DNA of 64,000 bases, taken from positions 64,001 to 128,000 of IMG/VR virus record IMGVR_UViG_3300010049_000011; one strand, 5' to 3'. Below, in pieces: positions 55,943-64,000 of this stretch. Position 1 is the first letter of the stretch, and the number at the start of each line of letters is the position of its first letter. Below the pieces are notes generated by a model. That model searched no databases, had not been told where the DNA came from, and saw only the letters and a program-made list of their open reading frames with translations. The DNA is from a virus (taxonomy: Duplodnaviria > Caudoviricetes). The position numbers and the translations under genes were made by a program.

Positions 55943-56271
55943 GATTTGTGCCAGTTAATGGCATCGTCAAAAGTACGCCAGAGGAGATATGTGTGGCCCA
56001 GACCCTCAACTCTCCTCTGGAATTCTATCTGGGTGTCTGTTTGCTTTGACGCTTTATCGGGGGTTTTAATCTCAACAAACACAACTCTACCCTCAGGAAG
56101 AACAATCACAAGGTCTGAGACTCCCGCAAGGACTCCTTCACTCTTCATGATGGAGGCTTCGATTATACTTCCACGATAACCTCCGTTCGGGCAAGCGAAG
56201 ACGTAGTAACCGAGTGTTCTGAGATACTTAACGATCCCTTGCTGTATCTTGGATTCTTTGTGGTTCGGCAT
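55924..56271 (-). CDS. VRR-NUC domain nuclease (resolvase-like)
   Basis: ESKIQ..I, PNGG.R, EGVLAGVSDL, FVEIKT, Q..Q..F; TTCTAAAC motif upstream on the minus strand (56296-56303). Confidence 0.9.
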   Translation of the reverse strand: MPNHKESKIQQGIVKYLRTLGYYVFACPNGGYRGSIIEASIMKSEGVLAGVSDLVIVLPEGRVVFVEIKTPDKASKQTDTQIEFQRRVEGLGHTYLLWRTFDDAINWHKSHHCPA

Positions 56272-56317
56272 AGAGTTCTAGGGGTTGTGCTTTACGTTTA
56301 GAAGCTAGGAGGATTAT

Positions 56318-56788
56318 TTGTCGGGAAGCTTTTACTCAACGAACCAGATATCTCAGGAACTGGATTTTATTACAGATCAGGAACTTTCTTTTCTTCTCGA
56401 GGATAGGGCATCTTATGATCATCTAAGAGTCTTATTGGAATCTATACGGAACTTCTCCAACAAACTCGTAGAGGAGAGAACTAAGATTCTCGCTGATGTT
56501 AGTTTTTGGAAAGGGGAATTCACTTCTCTCAAACTCCAGCTACAGGCGCTGGTTAAGAAGAAAGAGGCTCTACAATTTAACAAAATCATGGAAGATATGC
56601 GAGTGTCTGGATCCAAGTATTCTTCCGAGATTGTGACTAATAAAAAAGACGCAACTCTAGCAGAGGACACAGCCTTCAGTAAGATCGAAAGGGCCTTATT
56701 CTACGCTAACAAGTGGGGAGACATATTCACGGATTGTTATTACATATTAAACGGAACGCATAAGATACTTGACAAGGATATAATTTAA
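56318..56788 (+). CDS. UvsY-like recombination mediator
   Basis: Helical 156 aa, position before the SSB. Confidence 0.45.
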   Translation: MSGSFYSTNQISQELDFITDQELSFLLEDRASYDHLRVLLESIRNFSNKLVEERTKILADVSFWKGEFTSLKLQLQALVKKKEALQFNKIMEDMRVSGSKYSSEIVTNKKDATLAEDTAFSKIERALFYANKWGDIFTDCYYILNGTHKILDKDII

Positions 56789-56812
56789 ACAACTAAATAA
56801 AAGGTAAACACG

Positions 56813-57049
56813 ATGACAAGACTAAACACAAACGTAATACAAGAAAAGATAGACAACTCTAGCATTGACATAGTCTTGCTTGAAGGATATATACAGGAAG
56901 CTAAGGACAGAGAAAAGACAGACAACGTTGATTACGAGAAGAGTATAGACAATATAGTCGCTCAATCAGAGATGAAGCTAAAATCCCTAGAAGTTTCTCG
57001 TGCAAAGCTTACACTTCTACTCGAAGAAGAACTAAAGAAGGGAGAATAA
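56813..57049 (+). CDS. Hypothetical coiled-coil protein
   Basis: 78 aa, RBS. Confidence 0.6.
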   Translation: MTRLNTNVIQEKIDNSSIDIVLLEGYIQEAKDREKTDNVDYEKSIDNIVAQSEMKLKSLEVSRAKLTLLLEEELKKGE

Positions 57050-57051
57050 AC

Positions 57052-58152
57052 ATGAACGCGAAATTCGAAAAGAAATCTATCGATCTATCGTGGGTTAAGG
57101 ACTACCTACAGAAGAATAAAAAAGAAGATCGTCAGTATGAGGATGACGGACCTAAGATATGGTGGTCGTCAGTTCGCAGCAAGGTTGCGGGACAGTACGT
57201 TACGAGCCAGTACAACTTTAGGCTAGTCCCTAATTCCGAAAAAGACATTCAGCGAGGCGAGCGATTCGGTCTAATGGTTTACCGCCACTGGGGTATGCCT
57301 ACGAACGGAGGGAAAGATACTCGCTTCCTTTGTCCCGAGTACACTTATCCTTCTTCGGACGTTAAGTGTCCTATCTGCGAGGCAATTCGGGAGATGGAGA
57401 GGGCAGGTATAGATCCTGAAGCTCTCGACGACTACAGGCCTTCGGACGAGTTTTATATGCGAGGAGTAATGCTTGATACTCCGAATCCTGGAGACGCAGA
57501 TTCTGTGGGCAAAGCTGGAGTAATCCAGATGAACGGTCTTGGTAGCAAGAATGCTCTTATCGCCGAATATGCTCGAGAAGATAGGCCGGACTATCTAGAC
57601 ACGAGCGATGGCGAAGTAGTATCTTTTATGTTCGATAAATCGCAAGGGAACTTCGGGATGTGGAAGCGCGAACTGAACGCATACCACCCTATGAGCAAAA
57701 AACCGTTGAACAGTGAAGTAATCGAGGTATTCAAAGATCTCAACCTAACAGACGTCTTTCCCGTCCCCACGGATAATAGAGTCAACTCCATGATCGACAG
57801 CGCTAATCTTCTCAAGTCGAAGATTCTCCCTGCAGGAGCTGCTATAAAAGAAGCAGTGTCTGTGGTTAAAGAAAGTGTAGTTGGCGACGACCGTATCCCG
57901 GAAGAATTCAAAGCGCAGCCGCGCTACGACGGGGAAGGTAATCGTCTAGACAACAACGGTAAGAAGGAAAACACCCCGACCATCGAGGACGATAATATAG
58001 GAGAAGTCTTCGGGCCGAGAAAAGAGGAGACTCCTAAGCAAGTTGAGGGTGAATGTATTCTCGGGGATAAGACTAAGTACTCTCTAAGCGAGCAGGCCTG
58101 TATGGGTTGTCCAATGGGGTTTAACTGCTACAAAGCTTCGGTCAATAAATAA
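57052..58152 (+). CDS. Single-stranded DNA-binding protein (gp32-like)
   Basis: FRLVP..HW..CP..CPICE Zn site, D..DG; C-terminal Cys cluster. Confidence 0.8.
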   Translation: MNAKFEKKSIDLSWVKDYLQKNKKEDRQYEDDGPKIWWSSVRSKVAGQYVTSQYNFRLVPNSEKDIQRGERFGLMVYRHWGMPTNGGKDTRFLCPEYTYPSSDVKCPICEAIREMERAGIDPEALDDYRPSDEFYMRGVMLDTPNPGDADSVGKAGVIQMNGLGSKNALIAEYAREDRPDYLDTSDGEVVSFMFDKSQGNFGMWKRELNAYHPMSKKPLNSEVIEVFKDLNLTDVFPVPTDNRVNSMIDSANLLKSKILPAGAAIKEAVSVVKESVVGDDRIPEEFKAQPRYDGEGNRLDNNGKKENTPTIEDDNIGEVFGPRKEETPKQVEGECILGDKTKYSLSEQACMGCPMGFNCYKASVNK

Positions 58153-59198
58153 TGCCGAAAGATCCAGCGATTCTCTCTTTAGCTGGAAATATTGAAGGGT
58201 CAGGGAACAAAAACTCTGACCCCATTTTTGATATAATAATCGTAGACCTTGCTTGTGTTGTGATGAGTCGTTTGACCTCTAATAACGTAGATCCTATTGA
58301 GATTCGTCCGGGAGAGTGGTTGTGTGTGGAGGGGGTGACGGAGACAATGCTAGCGCTTAGGCACTATTCCGGGAGGTTCCAGTGCCGTAAGATTGTCTGC
58401 TGCTTCGAAGGCTACCCAGCTTACCGATATGGGTTGTTCGAGTCCTATAAAGAAGACCGGAAGACAAATCCTAAAGACCCTAGAGCAGTGATCCTGAGGA
58501 GATCTAGGAAGTATGCTTTCAATGTCCTAAAGGATCTCCTTCCCAGGCAAGGAATTAACACAACAGATTACGATAATCTCGAAGGAGATGACCAATTATA
58601 TTTGGCAACTCAAACAGCAATAACTAGCGGTTATAAAAAGATCCTGATAGTGTCTGAAGATAGAGACCACTACCAGCTCATGAAATATTTCCCTAGTATT
58701 GAGATATATCATCCTGTGAAGAGGGTCGTGGTATCTGCCAGCAATGTTCACGAACACTATTATTTAGGTGATCCGACCTGGATCGTCGTAGCTAAGGCCT
58801 TGACGGGAGACTCTGGAGATTGTATACCTCCATGTGTGAAGGGTCTGGGGGAGAAGAAAGCTCAAGTTATGTGTAAGATTCTCCAGCTTAGTGGAGTCAA
58901 TCCAGATTCTCAAGACGTGTTTGTTAGACTGTCCCAAATAATCCAGAATAATTCTGAGAACGTGATTGAGAGGGCCTGTATCTCTTGCAGCACTACTCCT
59001 GGTAGAGTTAGGTCTACTCTCGAAGATTACGTATCCTCTGGGGTGAAAACGGCGGAGAGGAACAGAGAGCTTGTCGACTATCGTAGGGTTCCTATCTCTG
59101 AGGCTACTAAAGAAGACTGTTTGAGGATGGTTTCTACGCTGAGAGATTTCGAATATAGGAGAGATTTAATTGAACAATCGGTACTTAATCGCGGGTGA
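58152..59198 (+). CDS. 5'-3' exonuclease/RNase H (FEN family)
   Basis: IIVD, YR..F.SYK..R, EGDD, SEDRDHYQL, LTGDSGDCIP..GLGEKKA. Confidence 0.9.
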   Translation: MPKDPAILSLAGNIEGSGNKNSDPIFDIIIVDLACVVMSRLTSNNVDPIEIRPGEWLCVEGVTETMLALRHYSGRFQCRKIVCCFEGYPAYRYGLFESYKEDRKTNPKDPRAVILRRSRKYAFNVLKDLLPRQGINTTDYDNLEGDDQLYLATQTAITSGYKKILIVSEDRDHYQLMKYFPSIEIYHPVKRVVVSASNVHEHYYLGDPTWIVVAKALTGDSGDCIPPCVKGLGEKKAQVMCKILQLSGVNPDSQDVFVRLSQIIQNNSENVIERACISCSTTPGRVRSTLEDYVSSGVKTAERNRELVDYRRVPISEATKEDCLRMVSTLRDFEYRRDLIEQSVLNRG

Positions 59199-60210
59199 CG
59201 AACATATAAATTCCTGCCACGAATTTAGCAAACCCACAAAGGATGGATTGTCTGTTCGGCTGCAACAACATCTACTTCACGCCAGACAGATCTCCCAGAG
59301 GATCCTCGATTATAAACCTAGCTGTTTCGTCTCTTTAGGGGACATCTTCCACACACATACCACAATCGGTGTTGACTCTCTTATCACTGCCAAGAGGTGG
59401 TTTGATACGATATACGCGGCCTGCCGGAAAGTCGGTGCGCATTTTTATATAGTGGTCGGAAACCACGACTACTACTCCCTAACCTCTAACCTACATGCTT
59501 GTGAAATATTCAAGGGTATCGAAGGAGTTACGGTGGTTGATGAGTTCCTAGACACTCCCCAGGGAGTATTTATTCCTTACATGGAAGATTTTCGAGTAGT
59601 GGAAGCTCTAGTTAATGGGGTCTCTGATAAAGAAAGTAAAGTCTGTTTTTCTCACATCAATTTTCTCGGTGCAGGATTTTCTCCGACAATAAAGGACACT
59701 ACCTCCAAGAACTTACCTGATTGGTTTAAGGACTTCAGGAAGGTTTATGCGGGCCACATACACATGCCTCAGGTTCTGGGGAAGAACATAAAATTCCCCG
59801 GATCACTCAACGACTTTTCCTTCAAATCTCCTCGGGCAGATAGGGGTCTAATCCTGTTCGACTCAGGAACCGGAGACGAGGACTTTATTCAGATAATCTC
59901 TCCTGATTTCTTAACATTCAACGACGACAACATACAAGACGTAGGTCTGGGTAGTGGAGATTTTTATGCCAATATAAACTTATCCTCTAAGATGGTGTTG
60001 GAGGCTCACGGTTATTCAGAAGAATGGCTCAAGGAGAACACCGCAGGATACTATATAAATTACGACTATCAGAGAATCAAGAAGGGAGAGGCCCTTTCTG
60101 AGTCAGTACAGGAGAGATCTTTCCAGGAGATACTGAGCGAGTACGTCTCTTCTTCCATTGAAGATCCTAAAGACCACATTAAGTACGCACAGTCGAGGTT
60201 GTTGAAGTGA
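59170..60210 (+). CDS. SbcD/Mre11 nuclease (gp47-like)
   Basis: GDEH, LGDIFH, GNHD, AGHIH, PGS. Confidence 0.92.
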   Translation: MNNRYLIAGDEHINSCHEFSKPTKDGLSVRLQQHLLHARQISQRILDYKPSCFVSLGDIFHTHTTIGVDSLITAKRWFDTIYAACRKVGAHFYIVVGNHDYYSLTSNLHACEIFKGIEGVTVVDEFLDTPQGVFIPYMEDFRVVEALVNGVSDKESKVCFSHINFLGAGFSPTIKDTTSKNLPDWFKDFRKVYAGHIHMPQVLGKNIKFPGSLNDFSFKSPRADRGLILFDSGTGDEDFIQIISPDFLTFNDDNIQDVGLGSGDFYANINLSSKMVLEAHGYSEEWLKENTAGYYINYDYQRIKKGEALSESVQERSFQEILSEYVSSSIEDPKDHIKYAQSRLLK

Positions 60211-62030
60211 ATTTAAAAACAATAAAATTACAAAATTTTAGGTCCTTCAAGAATTGCGAATTTGATGTGACTGAAGGTCTCTGGTTGGTGCAAGGAGAGA
60301 ACCTAGACGACGGTATGTCGAGCGGGAACGGATCTGGGAAGAGTTCTTTGATCCTAGAGTCTATTCGGTGGTGTCTGTTCGGTTCCTCAAGAGACCCCGA
60401 GAAGGTTATTAATAACGCCGTCGGTAAGAATTGTTGCGTCTCCTTAGTGTTTGACAAGGACGGAGAAGAGGTGGTAATATCTAGGTATCGAAAGCATTCC
60501 GACTTCGAGAACGGTTTAAAACTTTCTCTTGGAGGTCAAGAGGTTACTGGTTACAGAATAGCGGATACCCAGAAGAAGATAGAGGAGATACTAGGGGTTT
60601 CTGAGGATCTCTTTAATTCTCTGGTTGCTATGACCTACGATCTATCTGGGAGTTTCTCCCGACTGACTCCTGCTCAGAGGGTCGAGGTTTTAGAGTCTCT
60701 CGGGGTGTCTCAGAACTATGACGAGATGAGGAATCGGGCGAGAACAGACTCTGCGGAAAGCAAACGAGAGATGCAACGTTTACAGGTTTCTCTGAGCGGG
60801 CTGCAGGGGTCCTTGGTCGAGAAGAAGAAAAGGTTAGACGATCTCGTGGAGGAATTAAGCAAGACTCCGGACGTAAAAGAACTCTCAGAGCAGAAAGCAT
60901 CGGCCGATCAGGAAGTCGTGTTTCTCGAGAAGAACTTAGAGGGTATCCAAGAAAAAGTAAAAGAGCTTCCCTTTAAAATCTCAGAAACTAGGGACAACCT
61001 CGCTAATACTAAGGTAGGGATTCAAGAACATAATAACGAGTTAGATAAGAAAATTCTCACCCTATCTAGTGAAGAGTCTAACAATAATAAAGAAATTCAT
61101 ACAATAAAAAAGACCTTAGAGAGCGGTATATGTCCTGCCTGTAAGTCCGTTATTAAATCCTTCAGCGAATCCGAGAAGGCCGAATATACTTCGAAGATTA
61201 TAGAGCTGGAGGGCAGGAACAAATCTATAAACGAGGAGAAAGACTCCCTAAGTAAGTCTCGAAAGACCACAACCCCCGAGATCGAAGACTACGCTAAACT
61301 AATCACGCAACTAGAGTCTGAGCACCTCCAAATTAATAACGTAGTTCGGGAGATGCGGTCTAAGATCTTCACGGCCAAGACCCAGTCTAGTGTTATCGAG
61401 CAAAAGGTTTTAATCTTGTCGGAGAGTAAGGACAAACTGTTAATCGAACGCGAAATTAAACTAAAAGAAATAGACTTTGTTGAGGGGGAACAGAAAACTC
61501 TAACAGCGAGGGCTAGGGATGAATCTAAAAAAGCAGCGATAGCGGATTACTTTTTTAAGACCCTATCTCCCGGAGGAGGTTTAAGGAATAAAATCCTCGA
61601 GAACACAATTAGATCTCTCAACGTAACTCTCCACAAATACATCTCTAGGCTGTTCCAAAACTCCTTCGTAGAGATGGAAATTATAGACAAGAACATTGAG
61701 ATTAAGTTTAAAGATGTGCGAGGAGAGAGAAGCGTAGAGACTCTATCCCAGGGAGAGATGCGGAGAGTAGACCTAGCGATACAGTTCGCTATATTAACTC
61801 TGGCTAAGAACTGTTCAAAGACGGACTTTAATTTCCTCGTGTTAGATGAAGTTGGGATAGGTTTAGACGTTGTCGGTGTCCAGCAGATGATATCTCTCCT
61901 AGAGGTGTTGCAAGGGCGCATACCTTCGATTTACGTTGTCTCGAACGACCCGATGTTCACTAATGCGATAGAGACACGCATTCTAGTCCGTAAGCAAGGT
62001 GGAGAGTCTAGAGTTGTCGGAAACAATTAA
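60207..62030 (+). CDS. SbcC/Rad50 ATPase (gp46-like)
   Basis: NGSGKSS, CPAC hook, LSQGE, VLDE. Confidence 0.93.
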   Translation: MNLKTIKLQNFRSFKNCEFDVTEGLWLVQGENLDDGMSSGNGSGKSSLILESIRWCLFGSSRDPEKVINNAVGKNCCVSLVFDKDGEEVVISRYRKHSDFENGLKLSLGGQEVTGYRIADTQKKIEEILGVSEDLFNSLVAMTYDLSGSFSRLTPAQRVEVLESLGVSQNYDEMRNRARTDSAESKREMQRLQVSLSGLQGSLVEKKKRLDDLVEELSKTPDVKELSEQKASADQEVVFLEKNLEGIQEKVKELPFKISETRDNLANTKVGIQEHNNELDKKILTLSSEESNNNKEIHTIKKTLESGICPACKSVIKSFSESEKAEYTSKIIELEGRNKSINEEKDSLSKSRKTTTPEIEDYAKLITQLESEHLQINNVVREMRSKIFTAKTQSSVIEQKVLILSESKDKLLIEREIKLKEIDFVEGEQKTLTARARDESKKAAIADYFFKTLSPGGGLRNKILENTIRSLNVTLHKYISRLFQNSFVEMEIIDKNIEIKFKDVRGERSVETLSQGEMRRVDLAIQFAILTLAKNCSKTDFNFLVLDEVGIGLDVVGVQQMISLLEVLQGRIPSIYVVSNDPMFTNAIETRILVRKQGGESRVVGNN

Positions 62031-64000
62031 CACAAAATTTAACATCATGGTTCCCTGGGCAGACGGGAAGGCCTGCCTAGAGAATGGTAGGATACTTCTT
62101 CTTTTTCGGGCCCCTGCGGGAGAGTACTTTACGGGTAAGGGAGAGGCTCGACAGTTTACAGATAAAATTCTCCCTGTTCGCATCAAGAACTATTTTAACA
62201 TAATCAAGAACCAAGGGTTCGATCTATACGGGGAATTCTTCGTGAACTATCTATGCTCCGAAACTCTCGGGACTAAGGACCCCGTCCCACACAACCAGAT
62301 ACCCCAAGGCTTGTCGGGTTTGGAGGGGTTGATCTCAAGCACTCCCTCAATTCAACTAGTGATGTTCGCAGGAACCAACACTTTCACCGAATTCTTCTCT
62401 GAAGAAAAGGTAGAGATGAAGGAGAAGGAAACAGGCGTAAAGGCTGTTAAGTCCGGTCTAAAGCAGGGAGTTGTCTACGAGATCGTATGGCGGAGTTTAT
62501 CGTTCGAGTTTGTAATAACTCCCTCAGAATATTACTCAGATATGTTTGGGCAAGCGAGAGATGTTCAACACAAGAGATTTATCGAACAAGCGACAAGTTT
62601 ATACAGATATCTGAACCCCGATGTAGTCGAGGAAGACTACGGGGGTCTGGTGACCCCGGAAGAGTTTATAGAAACCCTCAAAAAGTACGAGGAGTGGTAC
62701 CATTCCGGAGAGATAGATCGTATCGGGTTCGATATAGAGACTACCGATTTTGACCCAACTAACGAGAACGCTAGGATCTGTATGTTCTCGATCGCAGATA
62801 TGAAAACCCATCGAGGATATGCGGTAGCCCATTACCACCCCGAAGTCTGGATGTCGCAGAAGAAAAAGGAATACTGGACAGCTCTGTTGGGGAAACTACA
62901 GGTCCTCCAGAACGTAGTATCTGCGAACAACGAACACTTTGTTAAAGCCCTAACGATTGAACTTCAGGGGGTTAAGAAGGAGTGGGAACTACTTTTAAAG
63001 TCTACAGGAGAAGTTCCGTCGTCGGACGAAGACTCAATCATAGAGGCACTAGATACCTTCGTCGCCTTCTCGAGGCTAAAAGCGGTCAAGTACCCGAAGG
63101 ACGAGTTCGAGTTTACTCTTCTGAAGATCAACACTCTATCCCAAAGCCTTAGGAAGCTGATAGCTTCGGACTACGACAGTAGGATCAAAGCAGTCGAAAA
63201 GCAACTAGACTCGACGCTGAGGAAAATCCCCTTAGTCGGGCATAACATTAAGTTCGACTTAGGTTGGTGTTACTCGAGAGGTATAGCTAACGACTGGATG
63301 AAGGTTTATGCGGATACCTATGCTTACGCTGTCGCCTTCGAGGGAGTCGAGGCCCCTAAGAACCTCGAAGATATCTCTATAAAAAAGCTAGGCGTCGATA
63401 ACAAGTGGAAGTCTAAGTTTAAATCCCACCCACGCCTGACTACTAGGTTGTGGGGCCTGAGGTATGATAACGTACCTTTAGATATTCTCGGACCGTACTC
63501 CTCGGGAGACGCTCTCGCTACTCTTCTGATAGAGGAAAAGTATAGGCCTGAGGCCGAGGAATTGAAGGTGTCTCCTCTCATGAAGGAAGTAAATATGGCT
63601 ATAGAGGCCTACGCTTCGGCTGAGGCTGTGGGGTTCACTATTATCGAAGAAGATGCGAGAACCCTTTATCACCACCACAAGGAAAACCTAGAGAGGAATT
63701 TCTCGGAGATAAAGGCTATGAAAATGCCTCAGAAATTATTGGAAGATAACCCAGACCTCCAAGAAGAATGCGCTTTAAAGTTCGAGGGAGTCACTCGGTT
63801 ATTCCGTATGAAGAAGGGAGAAGTCCTCCAGATAGCGGACGATAACCCTAACGGGCCGACTTTAAAGGAGTACACAGAACTCGAGGTCGGAGACAAAGTT
63901 TACGATAACGACGGAGAGTTACGCGTCATAAAAGAAATTCGCTTGTCTGGGGGGTTCTCAATAACAAACACGGGAGCTAAATCTCACAGAGCTCAAGTCC
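62014..64000 (+). CDS. polA: Family A DNA polymerase (SPO1-type, degenerate UDG-like N-terminus), partial
   Basis: Not in track. Open from TTG 62014 (GGAG at 62001) to the window end: ExoI IGFDIETT, ExoII LVGHNIKFD, ExoIII YSSGDALAT, then AEAVGF. Confidence 0.85.
   Translation, partial: MSETINTKFNIMVPWADGKACLENGRILLLFRAPAGEYFTGKGEARQFTDKILPVRIKNYFNIIKNQGFDLYGEFFVNYLCSETLGTKDPVPHNQIPQGLSGLEGLISSTPSIQLVMFAGTNTFTEFFSEEKVEMKEKETGVKAVKSGLKQGVVYEIVWRSLSFEFVITPSEYYSDMFGQARDVQHKRFIEQATSLYRYLNPDVVEEDYGGLVTPEEFIETLKKYEEWYHSGEIDRIGFDIETTDFDPTNENARICMFSIADMKTHRGYAVAHYHPEVWMSQKKKEYWTALLGKLQVLQNVVSANNEHFVKALTIELQGVKKEWELLLKSTGEVPSSDEDSIIEALDTFVAFSRLKAVKYPKDEFEFTLLKINTLSQSLRKLIASDYDSRIKAVEKQLDSTLRKIPLVGHNIKFDLGWCYSRGIANDWMKVYADTYAYAVAFEGVEAPKNLEDISIKKLGVDNKWKSKFKSHPRLTTRLWGLRYDNVPLDILGPYSSGDALATLLIEEKYRPEAEELKVSPLMKEVNMAIEAYASAEAVGFTIIEEDARTLYHHHKENLERNFSEIKAMKMPQKLLEDNPDLQEECALKFEGVTRLFRMKKGEVLQIADDNPNGPTLKEYTELEVGDKVYDNDGELRVIKEIRLSGGFSITNTGAKSHRAQV

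Noticed and set aside
1-64000. Stop-codon reassignment
   Set aside because: Genes are full length in the standard code, and TAA, TAG and TGA all end conserved proteins at expected positions

Overview
A 64-kb slice of a large lytic tailed-phage (myovirus) genome in the standard genetic code, almost all on the + strand. The host is probably Gram-negative, since spanin-like genes are present. Contents: (1) a T4-like neck/tail-tube/baseplate module (1.5-14.9 kb); (2) a DinG-like helicase and a ~0.9-kb non-coding, hairpin- and AT-rich region (origin or ncRNA candidate); (3) an endolysin, dispersed fibre/decoration genes, GroES-GroEL, portal and a protease-scaffold fusion (major capsid, sheath and terminase are not in the window); (4) an apparently complete 5-hydroxymethyluracil/thymidine-hypermodification pathway (dUMP hydroxymethylase, P-loop 5hmdU DNA kinase, amino acid:DNA transferase, PLP enzyme) plus a phage GlyA; (5) a replication module (DnaB, UvsY-like, gp32-like SSB, 5'-3' exonuclease, SbcD/SbcC, and an SPO1-type PolA running off the right edge). 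Reading the DNA directly also shows two promoter classes (sigma70-type with a helically phased upstream box, and a TTCTAAAY late motif), a divergent sigma-like protein, a catalytically dead stand-alone Hint domain next to DnaB, two endonucleases sharing a Mom/GNAT-like domain, a frameshifted CCA-adding enzyme and several ORFs missing from the supplied track. All protein assignments are by-eye motif recognition, not database searches.
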